Shown piece after piece: positions 20,862 to 28,543 of a DNA stretch of 64,000 nucleotides (within the stretch, counting starts at the first letter, position 1; each line of letters begins with the position of its first letter). Origin of the DNA: Gammaproteobacteria bacterium (GTDB taxonomy: Bacteria; Pseudomonadota; Gammaproteobacteria; Thiohalospirales; Thiohalospiraceae); NCBI GenBank assembly GCA_024277595.1, contig JAJRUV010000090.1:547-64546 (forward strand). The letters are read 5' to 3'. Position numbers and translations under genes: made by a program. Under the pieces are notes generated by a model. It was not told where the DNA came from, did not search any database, and worked only from the letters and a program-made list of their open reading frames with translations.

Positions 20862-21440
20862 ATGTCAACCAGACAACAGCCGCGTATCTATCAACTAAAA
20901 GTTGCCCTGCAAGGTTCCCGACCGCCAATCTGGCGGCGTATACTGGTTGCTGGCAGTACTGAGCTCGGCACATTGCACATCATACTGCAAATTGTAATGG
21001 GGTGGACCAACAGCCATCTTCATCAGTTTGTTTGCAAAGACAAATACTATGGGGTGGTGGATGACGAGTTTGGGCTGGATTTTGGCCCTGAAATGCTGGA
21101 TGAAAACAGCTTTGTGATCTCTCGGCTACTGACACGGGAAAAGGACTCCTTGATTTATGAATATGATTTTGGGGATGGCTGGGAGCACAAAATTGTCGTT
21201 GAAAAAATCACACCTCATGACAGCGATTCAGGCAGATTGCCCCGCTGTATCAGGGGGAAGCGGGCCTGCCCTCCAGAGGATTGCGGGGGTATTTGGGGTT
21301 ATAGACAGCTTATTGAAATAGCGGGTGATCCGGCCCATCCGGAGCATGAGGAAACGCTTGAATGGCTGGGTGATGATTTCGATCCGGAGTATTTTGATAT
21401 AGCGGAAGTCAACGAGACACTGGATGAGTATTTGGGTTGA
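20862..21440 (+). CDS. pRiA4b ORF-3-like family protein
   Basis: IYQLKVALQGSRPPIWRRILV...GWTNSHLHQF...CPPEDCGGIWGY...FDPEYFD matches the hallmark pattern of the PRiA4_ORF3 domain. Confidence 0.8.
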   Translation: MSTRQQPRIYQLKVALQGSRPPIWRRILVAGSTELGTLHIILQIVMGWTNSHLHQFVCKDKYYGVVDDEFGLDFGPEMLDENSFVISRLLTREKDSLIYEYDFGDGWEHKIVVEKITPHDSDSGRLPRCIRGKRACPPEDCGGIWGYRQLIEIAGDPAHPEHEETLEWLGDDFDPEYFDIAEVNETLDEYLG

Positions 21441-21470
21441 TAGCCTGTTCATGTTGTCCTGCACTTCCGG

Positions 21471-22319
21471 ATGCTGCTAAGACGTCCCGGTAAATGGCTG
21501 TTATCTATCGGCCTGCTGGCGCTGGTTGTACTGGCGTTTCAGGGTGGAGCGGATGATGCGGGACGCAACTACACCGAGCAAGGTTTCAAGCGCGCGCTGA
21601 TTACCTTCGGGATTGCCCGTGGGTTGAATGGTGTTATCTCGGTTGCGCAGGGTACGGAGGTTTCGCTGCAGCCAGCCGGTGTGGGAGTAACACTGACTCC
21701 TGGCCAGATTCTTGATCCGGTCAATGATCTGATTGAACGTTTCTCCTGGGTTATGTTGGCCAGTAGCAGCTCGCTCGGGATGCAGCGGTTGTTGATTGAC
21801 ATTACGTCATGGCCGGGTTTCTCCCTGCTGCTGGCTCTAATGGCCATGGCATTGCTGTTGCTCCGGTGGCTGTCGCAATTTCAGCATTCCGGTGTGCAGG
21901 TGATTGCCAGCAGGCTGGTGATGCTTCTGCTACTGATACGGTTCGCAGTGCCATTTATCGCCATTGCCAATGAAGCGCTTTACGAACAGTTTTTGAAAGA
22001 TCAGTATGAAGTGTCTTTGCAGCACCTTGAACAGACTACGGAAACCATCAGCAACATCCAGCAATCCACTGCCGTTGAGCCGGATGCCGACGTAGATGTC
22101 TCTGTTTTTGAGAAAGCGCGGCATCTGCTTGCCAGTGCAAAACAGAGTGCCGATTTTGATGCGCGGATTGCTCAATACAAGGAGGTTGCCGCAAGCGCCA
22201 TCACGCATACCATCAACATGATAGTGATATTTGTGTTGCAAACGATCCTGTTTCCGCTGTTTTTCCTCTGGCTGCTGGTGCGATTGGCCAGAACGATGCT
22301 ATTCCAGCACAGTTCCTGA
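21471..22319 (+). CDS. Hypothetical membrane protein
   Basis: 282 aa. N-terminal signal/anchor, at least 3 further hydrophobic segments and a central acidic coiled region. No family recognised. Confidence 0.55.
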   Translation: MLLRRPGKWLLSIGLLALVVLAFQGGADDAGRNYTEQGFKRALITFGIARGLNGVISVAQGTEVSLQPAGVGVTLTPGQILDPVNDLIERFSWVMLASSSSLGMQRLLIDITSWPGFSLLLALMAMALLLLRWLSQFQHSGVQVIASRLVMLLLLIRFAVPFIAIANEALYEQFLKDQYEVSLQHLEQTTETISNIQQSTAVEPDADVDVSVFEKARHLLASAKQSADFDARIAQYKEVAASAITHTINMIVIFVLQTILFPLFFLWLLVRLARTMLFQHSS

Positions 22320-22976
22320 CTGCATCAGCGGGACGGAAAGCTGCTTAAACTGCATCGGTGCAATGTACTGTAACACCTCTTTTTGATCTGGCGAGAGGGC
22401 AATATCAAGCCCTTTTTCCGGATAAAGCCAATGTACAACGTTATTTTTCTGCTCGCGGATACGTTTGGCCGGAGTGCCGAACAGACGTGTTATTACCTCG
22501 GCATCCAGGTTAGTGCGTGGCAGGTAGGTAATGTTACCGATAGGTGTTTGATTGATTACGGTGATATCGTCGGGGTGCAGGGTTACCTTGCGGCCCCCAC
22601 CGCTTGATTTGCTTATCCGTAACCCGCGCTGGTACATCTGTTCCAGCTGTTGTTTGCCGAGAGCTGCGGCAATGACCATTTTTGCCCTGACATTCCCGAG
22701 TTTCACCTGCTCAAAATAGGCTTCAACCACCTTTTTTCCTTCAGGTGAAACGAACATGGTAATTTCCGGTTTCTCCTTGAGCCGGTGGGTTGCATCAGCA
22801 AGTGTACTGCGGCTCAAGGTTAATCCGAATACTTCACTGGTTCCGTCACTGTTGGCAACGATTTGCCACGGCAGACCGGTACGCTTCTCCATCGCCGTTT
22901 TCGGGGTCAGCAAAAGGCCCGCTGCGATAGCGATGATGCTGACGGCAATGACGCCCAGAACTGTTTTCCCTTCCAC
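22299..22976 (-). CDS. Hypothetical single-pass membrane-anchored protein
   Basis: 225 aa. N-terminal TM (VLGVIAVSIIAIAAGLLL). 4-nt gap to the upstream ORF, suggesting an operon. No family recognised. Confidence 0.55.
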   Translation of the reverse strand: MEGKTVLGVIAVSIIAIAAGLLLTPKTAMEKRTGLPWQIVANSDGTSEVFGLTLSRSTLADATHRLKEKPEITMFVSPEGKKVVEAYFEQVKLGNVRAKMVIAAALGKQQLEQMYQRGLRISKSSGGGRKVTLHPDDITVINQTPIGNITYLPRTNLDAEVITRLFGTPAKRIREQKNNVVHWLYPEKGLDIALSPDQKEVLQYIAPMQFKQLSVPLMQSGTVLE

Positions 22977-22980
22977 TGAC

Positions 22981-23490
22981 TCACTCTTCCGAAATAACGG
23001 CGATATCGTCCGGTTTGGGATAATGCTCCAGCATGGATTTAGACAATATCCCCTGACGGGCCTGGTTGATGGCTTCGGACTCCATGATTACCAGAGCAAG
23101 TACCGTCAACATCGTGGGTAGCATCGCCACACCTCCGAATGCGTAGTGCTGGGGTCTGGGTTCGCCACCGGAGAGCAGCAAAATGGTTACAATGGCTGCG
23201 GCCATAACGCCCAGCATAATAATGAAGAACATACTGCGCCTGGCGCATAGTTGCCAATGGCTTTTCACAAACCACGGATCCGTTGCAAGAGAGCACCGGG
23301 CGCGGATGATAAGATAACCGAGAATAGCCACGGAGATGCCGGGAATAACAAGTAGCAGGTAGGGGTAGGATGTCGCCATTCCTATCAGGCTGACAAACAG
23401 CAGAATATGGTTGACTATCAGGTTAATCAAAAAGATTTCATGCGGATGCCGCGCTTTAACGCGCTCTTGTTCTGAAATATCGAATCTCAT
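22981..23490 (-). CDS. Hypothetical 4-TM membrane protein
   Basis: Start set at MRFDISEQERVKARH (ATG 23490). The ORF-track N-terminal extension runs into the MITE flank. Four hydrophobic helices. Confidence 0.55.
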   Translation of the reverse strand: MRFDISEQERVKARHPHEIFLINLIVNHILLFVSLIGMATSYPYLLLVIPGISVAILGYLIIRARCSLATDPWFVKSHWQLCARRSMFFIIMLGVMAAAIVTILLLSGGEPRPQHYAFGGVAMLPTMLTVLALVIMESEAINQARQGILSKSMLEHYPKPDDIAVISEE

Positions 23491-23602
23491 AGTGAGTCGG
23501 CCCCGGGTAGTTGCGGTAGAAGGACAACGTCTTGCGTCCGGCGAAGGATACCGCAACACCCCCTCAGATGTCACCTGTGACGGGTACTTTCAAAGGATTT
23601 TC

Positions 23603-23671
23603 GTAACTATTCAGCATAGTTGAAAATGAGTATGTAACTGTTCAGATTTCAGGGGTGAGCTGAATAGTTAC
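23603..23671 (+). mobile_element. MITE copy D, 69-bp internal-deletion derivative with perfect 8-bp TSD
   Basis: Both TIRs are intact. The core hairpin is missing, with the junction at the shared GATT. GGATTTTC occurs at 23595-23602 and 23672-23679. Confidence 0.9.
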
Positions 23672-23700
23672 GGATTTTCCTGTTCGGGAATACCCCTGGT

Positions 23701-24561
23701 CTATAACAGCAACGGGCCTACACTGTTTTTCAGCTTTTGCAGCGCGCTTTTCTCCAACTGGCGGATTCGTTCTGCGGAGACATGGTATTTTTCTGCCAGC
23801 TGATGAAGGGTTGTTTTTTGCTCACTGAGCCAGCGCTGTACAACAATATCCCGGCTGCGTTCATCTAGAGCGGAGAGTGCCTGCTGGAGCTTGTCGCTGT
23901 TAAAGGCGGCGTTCTCCAGCTGCTCAACTTCCTGGGCGGGATCAGGTCGCAGATCGCTGAGATAGGTTGCCGGTGCCTGATGCGCAGTTTCACTGTCATC
24001 ACTCTCCCTGATATCAAAAGAGGTATCCCGGCTGCTCATGCGCTGTTCCATCTCAAGCACGGTTTTGCGGGAAACACCGAGATCCTTGGCGACAGCATCG
24101 AGCTCTTCACTGTTAAACCACCCCAGCCGCTTTTTAGAGCTGCGCAGATTGAAAAACAGTTTCCGCTGCGCCTTGGTGGTTGCTACCTTGGCGATGCGCC
24201 AGTTACGCAGGATGTACTCATGCATTTCTGCCCGAATCCAGTGAACCGCGAAAGAGACCAGGCGTACACCCACTGCGGGGTCAAAGCGCTTTACCGCCTT
24301 CATCAGGCCGATATTTCCCTCCTGAATGAGGTCAGCCTCAGGTAGTCCATAGCCGCTATAGCCGCGGGCAATACGCGCAACAAAACGCAAATGAGCCGTT
24401 ACCAGCTGACGGGCAGCATCCAGGTCATTCTTTTCCCGGAGACGCTGGGCGAGACTTTTTTCCTCCGCTGCGCTCAGCATGGGGATCGCGTTTATTTTTG
24501 TCTTGTATGCTTCAAGACTGCCGGTGGTAACAGCAGGTAATGAGTGGTAACTGTTTGCCAT
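23701..24561 (-). CDS. rpoH: RNA polymerase sigma-32 (heat-shock sigma factor)
   Basis: 286 aa. RpoB-box QRKLFFNLR, region 2 DLIQEGNIGLMKAVKRFD, region 4 LHQLAEKYHVSAERIRQLE. Confidence 0.95.
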   Translation of the reverse strand: MANSYHSLPAVTTGSLEAYKTKINAIPMLSAAEEKSLAQRLREKNDLDAARQLVTAHLRFVARIARGYSGYGLPEADLIQEGNIGLMKAVKRFDPAVGVRLVSFAVHWIRAEMHEYILRNWRIAKVATTKAQRKLFFNLRSSKKRLGWFNSEELDAVAKDLGVSRKTVLEMEQRMSSRDTSFDIRESDDSETAHQAPATYLSDLRPDPAQEVEQLENAAFNSDKLQQALSALDERSRDIVVQRWLSEQKTTLHQLAEKYHVSAERIRQLEKSALQKLKNSVGPLLL

Positions 24562-24598
24562 GATTACATTCCCTATATTTGCTGGGTATATGTTGATA

Positions 24599-24625
24599 TT
24601 AGCACTCTAATGGTGAGAGTGCTAA
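24599..24625 (-). promoter_or_regulatory. CIRCE element (HrcA operator) in the rpoH leader
   Basis: TTAGCACTC-TAATGGTGA-GAGTGCTAA is an exact match to both 9-nt arms of the CIRCE consensus with a 9-nt spacer. It lies 38 nt upstream of the rpoH ATG. Confidence 0.85.
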
Positions 24626-24664
24626 ACAGAACCAGAGTTCCCTGAACGACAAATCAATCATCTT

Positions 24665-24693
24665 TTATAAGGGAATATAGTCCGGATAAACAA
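24665..24693 (-). promoter_or_regulatory. Candidate sigma70 promoter of rpoH
   Basis: The minus strand reads TTGTTT-N17-TTATAA, about 40 nt upstream of CIRCE. This is a hexamer match only. Confidence 0.3.
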
Positions 24694-24703
24694 AAAAACA
24701 ATG

Positions 24704-24781
24704 GTAACTATTCAACTCACCCCTGATTTGCCCGATTATGGCGTCAAAAATGTTCATTTACACTTGTAAACTGCGCATTTT
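24704..24781 (-). mobile_element. MITE copy E1 (older, reverse orientation), left part, interrupted by E2
   Basis: GTAACTATTCAACTCACCCCTGATTTGCCCG... aligns at roughly 75-80% with the reverse complement of the right TIR plus half of the core. The alignment resumes at 24934 after copy E2. Confidence 0.8.
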
Positions 24782-24933
24782 GTAACTATTCAGCATAGTT
24801 GAAAATGAGTATGTAACTGTTCAGATTGCCCCTGAAATTTGTCAGTTCAAGGCGAAAAATGCAAGTTTACATGGGTAAATGACCATTTTTTAACGCAGAA
24901 ATGGCAGATTTCAGGGGTAAGCTGAATAATTAC
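24782..24933 (+). mobile_element. MITE copy E2, long form (152 bp), inserted into E1
   Basis: Full-length and high identity to copies A and H. The flanking 8-mers CGCATTTT (24774-24781) and CACATTTT (24934-24941) match 7/8. Confidence 0.9.
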
Positions 24934-24984
24934 CACATTTTTTCCTTGTCCTTGAACAAACCAGGAGCAATACCGAACAGTTAC
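24934..24984 (-). mobile_element. MITE copy E1, right part
   Basis: CACATTTTTTCCTTGTCCTTGAAC...CCGAACAGTTAC aligns with the rest of the reverse-oriented core and ends at the internal-repeat terminus CTGAACAGTTAC (short-form architecture). Confidence 0.65.
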
Positions 24985-25031
24985 AAACGGGTTGATATTT
25001 TTATAACCGGTGTGTGCGTACCATGCTCGGG

Positions 25032-25059
25032 TTGAAATCAATCCGGGTTGTCCTCATAT
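25032..25059 (+). promoter_or_regulatory. Sigma32-type heat-shock promoter upstream of hsp20
   Basis: TTGAAA-N14-CCTCATAT compares with the sigma32 consensus CTTGAAA-N13-15-CCCCATNT. It lies 44 nt upstream of the hsp20 ATG. Confidence 0.6.
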
Positions 25060-25102
25060 ATCACAGCAGGTTACTACATGAATATCATGAGGAGGAAATA
25101 CG

Positions 25103-25543
25103 ATGAATGTAATTCACTATCAGCCCTGGAACACATTGGATCAAATGCGCAGGGAGATGGACAAGGTATTTGCAAGCTACGCGGATCGGGATGACGGAAA
25201 CAGCGTTGTGGCAGCTGACTGGTTGCCGGCAGTTGATGTGCGGGAAGATGCGGAGTGCTTTGTCATTACCGCTGATGTGCCCGGTGTCGAGCCAAAGGAT
25301 ATTGATATCAACATGGAAAAAGGAGTGTTGACCCTCAGTGGTGAAAAACAGGTTGAGTCGGAAGAAGAGCTGAAGAACTACAAACGTGTTGAACGGGCAC
25401 GGGGGAGTTTTTATCGCCGCTTTACCCTGCCGGAAAGTGCCGATGCAGAAAGGATCAGTGCCAAATTTACCAACGGTGTGCTGGAGATAGTGATTCCCAA
25501 GCAGGAAAGGGTACAACCTCGCAAGATTGCTATCGAGAGCTAA
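25103..25543 (+). CDS. Small heat-shock protein (Hsp20/alpha-crystallin family, IbpA-like)
   Basis: 146 aa. RBS GAGGAGG. Alpha-crystallin domain WLPAVDVRED...FVITADVPGV...GVLTLSGEK...FTLPESAD...NGVLEIVIPK. Confidence 0.92.
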   Translation: MNVIHYQPWNTLDQMRREMDKVFASYADRDDGNSVVAADWLPAVDVREDAECFVITADVPGVEPKDIDINMEKGVLTLSGEKQVESEEELKNYKRVERARGSFYRRFTLPESADAERISAKFTNGVLEIVIPKQERVQPRKIAIES

Positions 25544-25621
25544 GCGGCTAAATCCTTGACGGGATATGCGATACCCCAACTGGTTGCGCTGTTGTTGCAA
25601 GGAATGGAGATCTGTTTGTAT

Positions 25622-25660
25622 GCCGCCTGGAAGCTCTTTCCAGGCGGCCTTTCTTGTTTT
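25622..25660 (+). terminator. Rho-independent terminator of hsp20
   Basis: GCCGCCTGGAA-loop-TTCCAGGCGGC (11-bp stem) followed by CTTTCTTGTTTT. Confidence 0.8.
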
Positions 25661-25700
25661 CCGATATTTCCTTGTGTGCCGGAAATACCGTAATCAATCG

Positions 25701-25728
25701 GGAACTGACGATCCTTTAACATGTCATT
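25701..25728 (+). promoter_or_regulatory. Candidate sigmaE-type promoter upstream of degP-like gene
   Basis: GGAACT-N17-TCATT compares with the E. coli sigmaE pattern GGAACTT-N16-TCAAA. The match is weak; the argument is that degP is a classical sigmaE target. Confidence 0.3.
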
Positions 25729-25800
25729 ATACCCAAGCTACCTGGAGATGCAGTTTGGGTATATTGGGGTCAGCAACCACTATCCAGAAGTACTGAAAAA

Positions 25801-27168
25801 ATGAAAAAAATACTCAACTACTCTTGTTTTCTGGCGTTGTTTGTATTGGTCGTCAGCCTTGGTTACGCCGCACTGCCTGCTGTCGACGGTAGTGGCAAAA
25901 GCCTGCCGACACTGGCGCCGATGCTGGAGAAAGCCACCCCGGCAGTGGTCAATATCGCCACGCGCGGGCGGGTACGGATACGAGAAAATCCGTTATTCAA
26001 TGATCCTTTTTTCGGACGCTTTTTTGATCTTCCACAGCAACCCAGGGAACGGATTACCCAGAGCCTGGGTTCAGGGGTTGTCGTCGATGCAGACAATGGC
26101 TACATCCTCACCAATAATCACGTCATAGATAGGGCTGAGGAGATTGAAGTAACCTTGCGTGACGGCCGCACACGGAAGGCGAAACTGGTGGGCAGCGATC
26201 TTGCTACCGATATTGCTGTTATTCAGATGAACGCAGAGGGACTGACGGCGCTGCCGTTGGCAAATTCTGATCAGTTGCGGGTGGGGGACTTTGTGATTGC
26301 CATCGGTAATCCATTCGGACTTGGGCAGACCGTTACTTCCGGTATCGTCAGTGCTTTGGGTCGAACCGGGCTTGGTATTGAAGGGTATGAGGATTTTATC
26401 CAGACCGATGCTTCCATCAACCCGGGAAATTCCGGTGGTGCGCTGGTGAATCTTCGTGGTGAACTGGTTGGTATCAATACGGCAATATTTTCCCAAAACG
26501 GTGGTAATATTGGTATCGGTTTTGCCATTCCTATCAATATGGCACATGAGGTAATGGAGCAATTGATCGCCCATGGCCGTGTGGAGCGGGGTATGCTGGG
26601 CGTACAGGTTCAGGATCTGACTCTGGAGCTGGCTCAGGCATTTTCTATTCCTGAACAGCGGGGTGTTATTATAAGCGCTGTTGTGCCAGGATCGCCGGCA
26701 GAGAAAGCCGGATTGAAGATTGGTGATATCATTATTGCGATCAATGATCGGGCTGTTGATGATAGTGCCGATGTGCGCAATACAATCGGTCTGATACGCG
26801 TTGGTAGTCGAGTTGAGTTAAAGATATTGCGGGATGGAAAAGAGCGTATCATTCGGGCCACTATTGGTGAAGAGCAGATAGCTGAACTCAAGGGTGAAAA
26901 ACTGCACCCCTACCTGGAAGGAGCTATACTTGGAGCCATTGGCGAGAACTCTTCCCTCTATAATGGTGTCAGAAGAGTTGTGGTGGTGAATGTTGCGCCG
27001 GGCAGCCGGGCTTGGCAAGCCGGCTTGCGAAAGGGTGATATCATTACCTCCGCCAATCGTCGGCCGGTGAGCACCCTGAAACAGCTTCGCAAGGCGGTTA
27101 ACAGGAAAGATGCCTTGCTGCTGAATATCCAGCGCGGGAAAACAGCCCTGTTTTTGCTGTTGCGTTGA
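25801..27168 (+). CDS. Periplasmic serine endoprotease DegP/DegQ (HtrA family)
   Basis: 455 aa. Signal peptide, trypsin-like domain with TNNHV, D...DIAV and GNSGGAL triad motifs, two PDZ domains. Confidence 0.93.
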   Translation: MKKILNYSCFLALFVLVVSLGYAALPAVDGSGKSLPTLAPMLEKATPAVVNIATRGRVRIRENPLFNDPFFGRFFDLPQQPRERITQSLGSGVVVDADNGYILTNNHVIDRAEEIEVTLRDGRTRKAKLVGSDLATDIAVIQMNAEGLTALPLANSDQLRVGDFVIAIGNPFGLGQTVTSGIVSALGRTGLGIEGYEDFIQTDASINPGNSGGALVNLRGELVGINTAIFSQNGGNIGIGFAIPINMAHEVMEQLIAHGRVERGMLGVQVQDLTLELAQAFSIPEQRGVIISAVVPGSPAEKAGLKIGDIIIAINDRAVDDSADVRNTIGLIRVGSRVELKILRDGKERIIRATIGEEQIAELKGEKLHPYLEGAILGAIGENSSLYNGVRRVVVVNVAPGSRAWQAGLRKGDIITSANRRPVSTLKQLRKAVNRKDALLLNIQRGKTALFLLLR

Positions 27169-27389
27169 AGCAACGGGTACAGATGGGTGTAAACTTTGCT
27201 CCTGTGGTATTATCGGCCTAGCGGAAGCTGGCTGGGAGTTAGTCGGTTGAATTATTTCTATGGGTCGGCTAGGGTGGTTTCCTTGTAAGCAGATATTCTT
27301 CAATCTTGGGTTTGCGATGGCTTTGTACAGGGGAAATCGCGGATTCGGATGGGTTTGTTTTTTTTTTAGATGACAGGAGTAAATTAAAG

Positions 27390-27728
27390 ATGGCACGGAA
27401 GTATTTAGCGATTGCGTTGGTTCTCGGGTTTTCCTTGGGAATGACAGCATGTGAGCAGGCATCGGATACAGCCGGTAGTGCGGCGGATGCGGCGAAGGAA
27501 GCAACGACCAATGCAGCCGATGCAGCTTCGGAGGCAGCAGCCGGAGCAGCGGAAGCTGTTGGAGATGCGGCGCACGAGGCCGTTGATGGCGCCAAAGAGG
27601 CGGCAGGTAACATGGTGGATGGAGCCAACGATATGGTCAATCCATGTGCTGTAACCGATGGCGCCAATGAAGCAGCAGATCAGGCCGGTGAAATGGTTGA
27701 CAAGGCCAAGGAGGAGGCTAAATACTAA
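27390..27728 (+). CDS. Small Ala/Glu-rich lipoprotein
   Basis: Start set at the ATG preceded by AGGAG. Lipobox LGFSLGMTAC. The mature part is low-complexity AADAAKEA-type helical repeats. No family recognised. Confidence 0.65.
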   Translation: MARKYLAIALVLGFSLGMTACEQASDTAGSAADAAKEATTNAADAASEAAAGAAEAVGDAAHEAVDGAKEAAGNMVDGANDMVNPCAVTDGANEAADQAGEMVDKAKEEAKY

Positions 27729-27757
27729 ACATCAAACCGGTTCACAAATAAAGCAAG

Positions 27758-27795
27758 ATACAAGGAAGGCGCAGTTATATGCGCCTTTCTTGTAT
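27758..27795 (+). terminator. Rho-independent terminator
   Basis: ATACAAGGAAGGCGCA-GTTATA-TGCGCCTTTCTTGTAT, a 16-bp stem with one G-T pair, located 30 nt after the lipoprotein stop. Confidence 0.7.
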
Positions 27796-27911
27796 GTTAG
27801 TCTGCCCCCGGCGATACTTGCCAATCCAGCTTGCTATCCCCCGGATTTTTACTGGCCAAGAATATCGGCGCACATTGTATCTCTGCGGGAATGCTTGTAT
27901 AACAGGCCTTG

Positions 27912-28298
27912 ATGGCTGACTACTACCCCTACATAAAACATCTTCATGTCATCTGCGTGGCGATTTCAATTATGCTGTTTTTACTGCGCAGCATGTGGAC
28001 CTTCCAGGATTCTCTTATGTTGGCTTCTCCCTGGGCGCGGAGCGTACCCCACTATGTCGATACCACGCTGCTTGTCGCTGCAATTTTTCTTACTACAATT
28101 ATTCACCAATACCCATTACAGGCCTCTTGGTTAACGGCCAAGGTGGGTGGACTGTTGGCACACATTCTGTTTGGTCTGCTGTTTTTTCATTACAAAGGAA
28201 GCTGGGCCGTCAGGAAGGTGGCGCTGGCTCTTTCATTATTGGCTTTTGCCTATATCGTAGCGGTGGCATTGACACGCAATCCGTTTCTGTTTGGTTGA
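27912..28298 (+). CDS. SirB2-family membrane protein
   Basis: MADYYPYIKHLHVICVAISIMLFLLR... with four TM helices, typical of the SirB2 (invasion gene expression up-regulator SirB) family. Confidence 0.75.
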   Translation: MADYYPYIKHLHVICVAISIMLFLLRSMWTFQDSLMLASPWARSVPHYVDTTLLVAAIFLTTIIHQYPLQASWLTAKVGGLLAHILFGLLFFHYKGSWAVRKVALALSLLAFAYIVAVALTRNPFLFG

Positions 28299-28376
28299 GC
28301 CTGAAAACCGTAATTGACCATCGCTATACGAATTCTTGTTACTCACGTCCCCCATCGACAGATCATTTCACTAACA

Positions 28377-28497
28377 GCAACTGTTCAGATTGCCCCTGAA
28401 ATTCGTCAGCTCAAGGCGAAAAATGTGAGTTTACACGGGTAAATGATCATTTTTTAACGCAGAAATGGCGGATTTCAGGGGTGAGCTGAATAGTTAC
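28377..28497 (+). mobile_element. MITE copy F, short form (~121 bp)
   Basis: It starts at the internal-repeat terminus GCAACTGTTCAG, has a full core and ends GCTGAATAGTTAC. Very high identity to copy H. No TSD detected. Confidence 0.85.
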
Positions 28498-28543
28498 AAA
28501 AGAGGTTTCAAGACTCTTGAGATGATACTTGCACTTGGATTTT

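Noticed and set aside
26818-27504. 228-aa minus-strand ORF spanning the degP 3' end and the downstream spacer.
   Set aside because: It overlaps the well-supported degP and lipoprotein genes, and the translation has no domain features.
27440-27640. Reiterated GCAGC/GCGGC/GATGC motifs suggested a tandem DNA repeat.
   Set aside because: They reflect the Ala/Asp/Glu-rich low-complexity coding sequence of the small lipoprotein, and there is no exact repeat unit.
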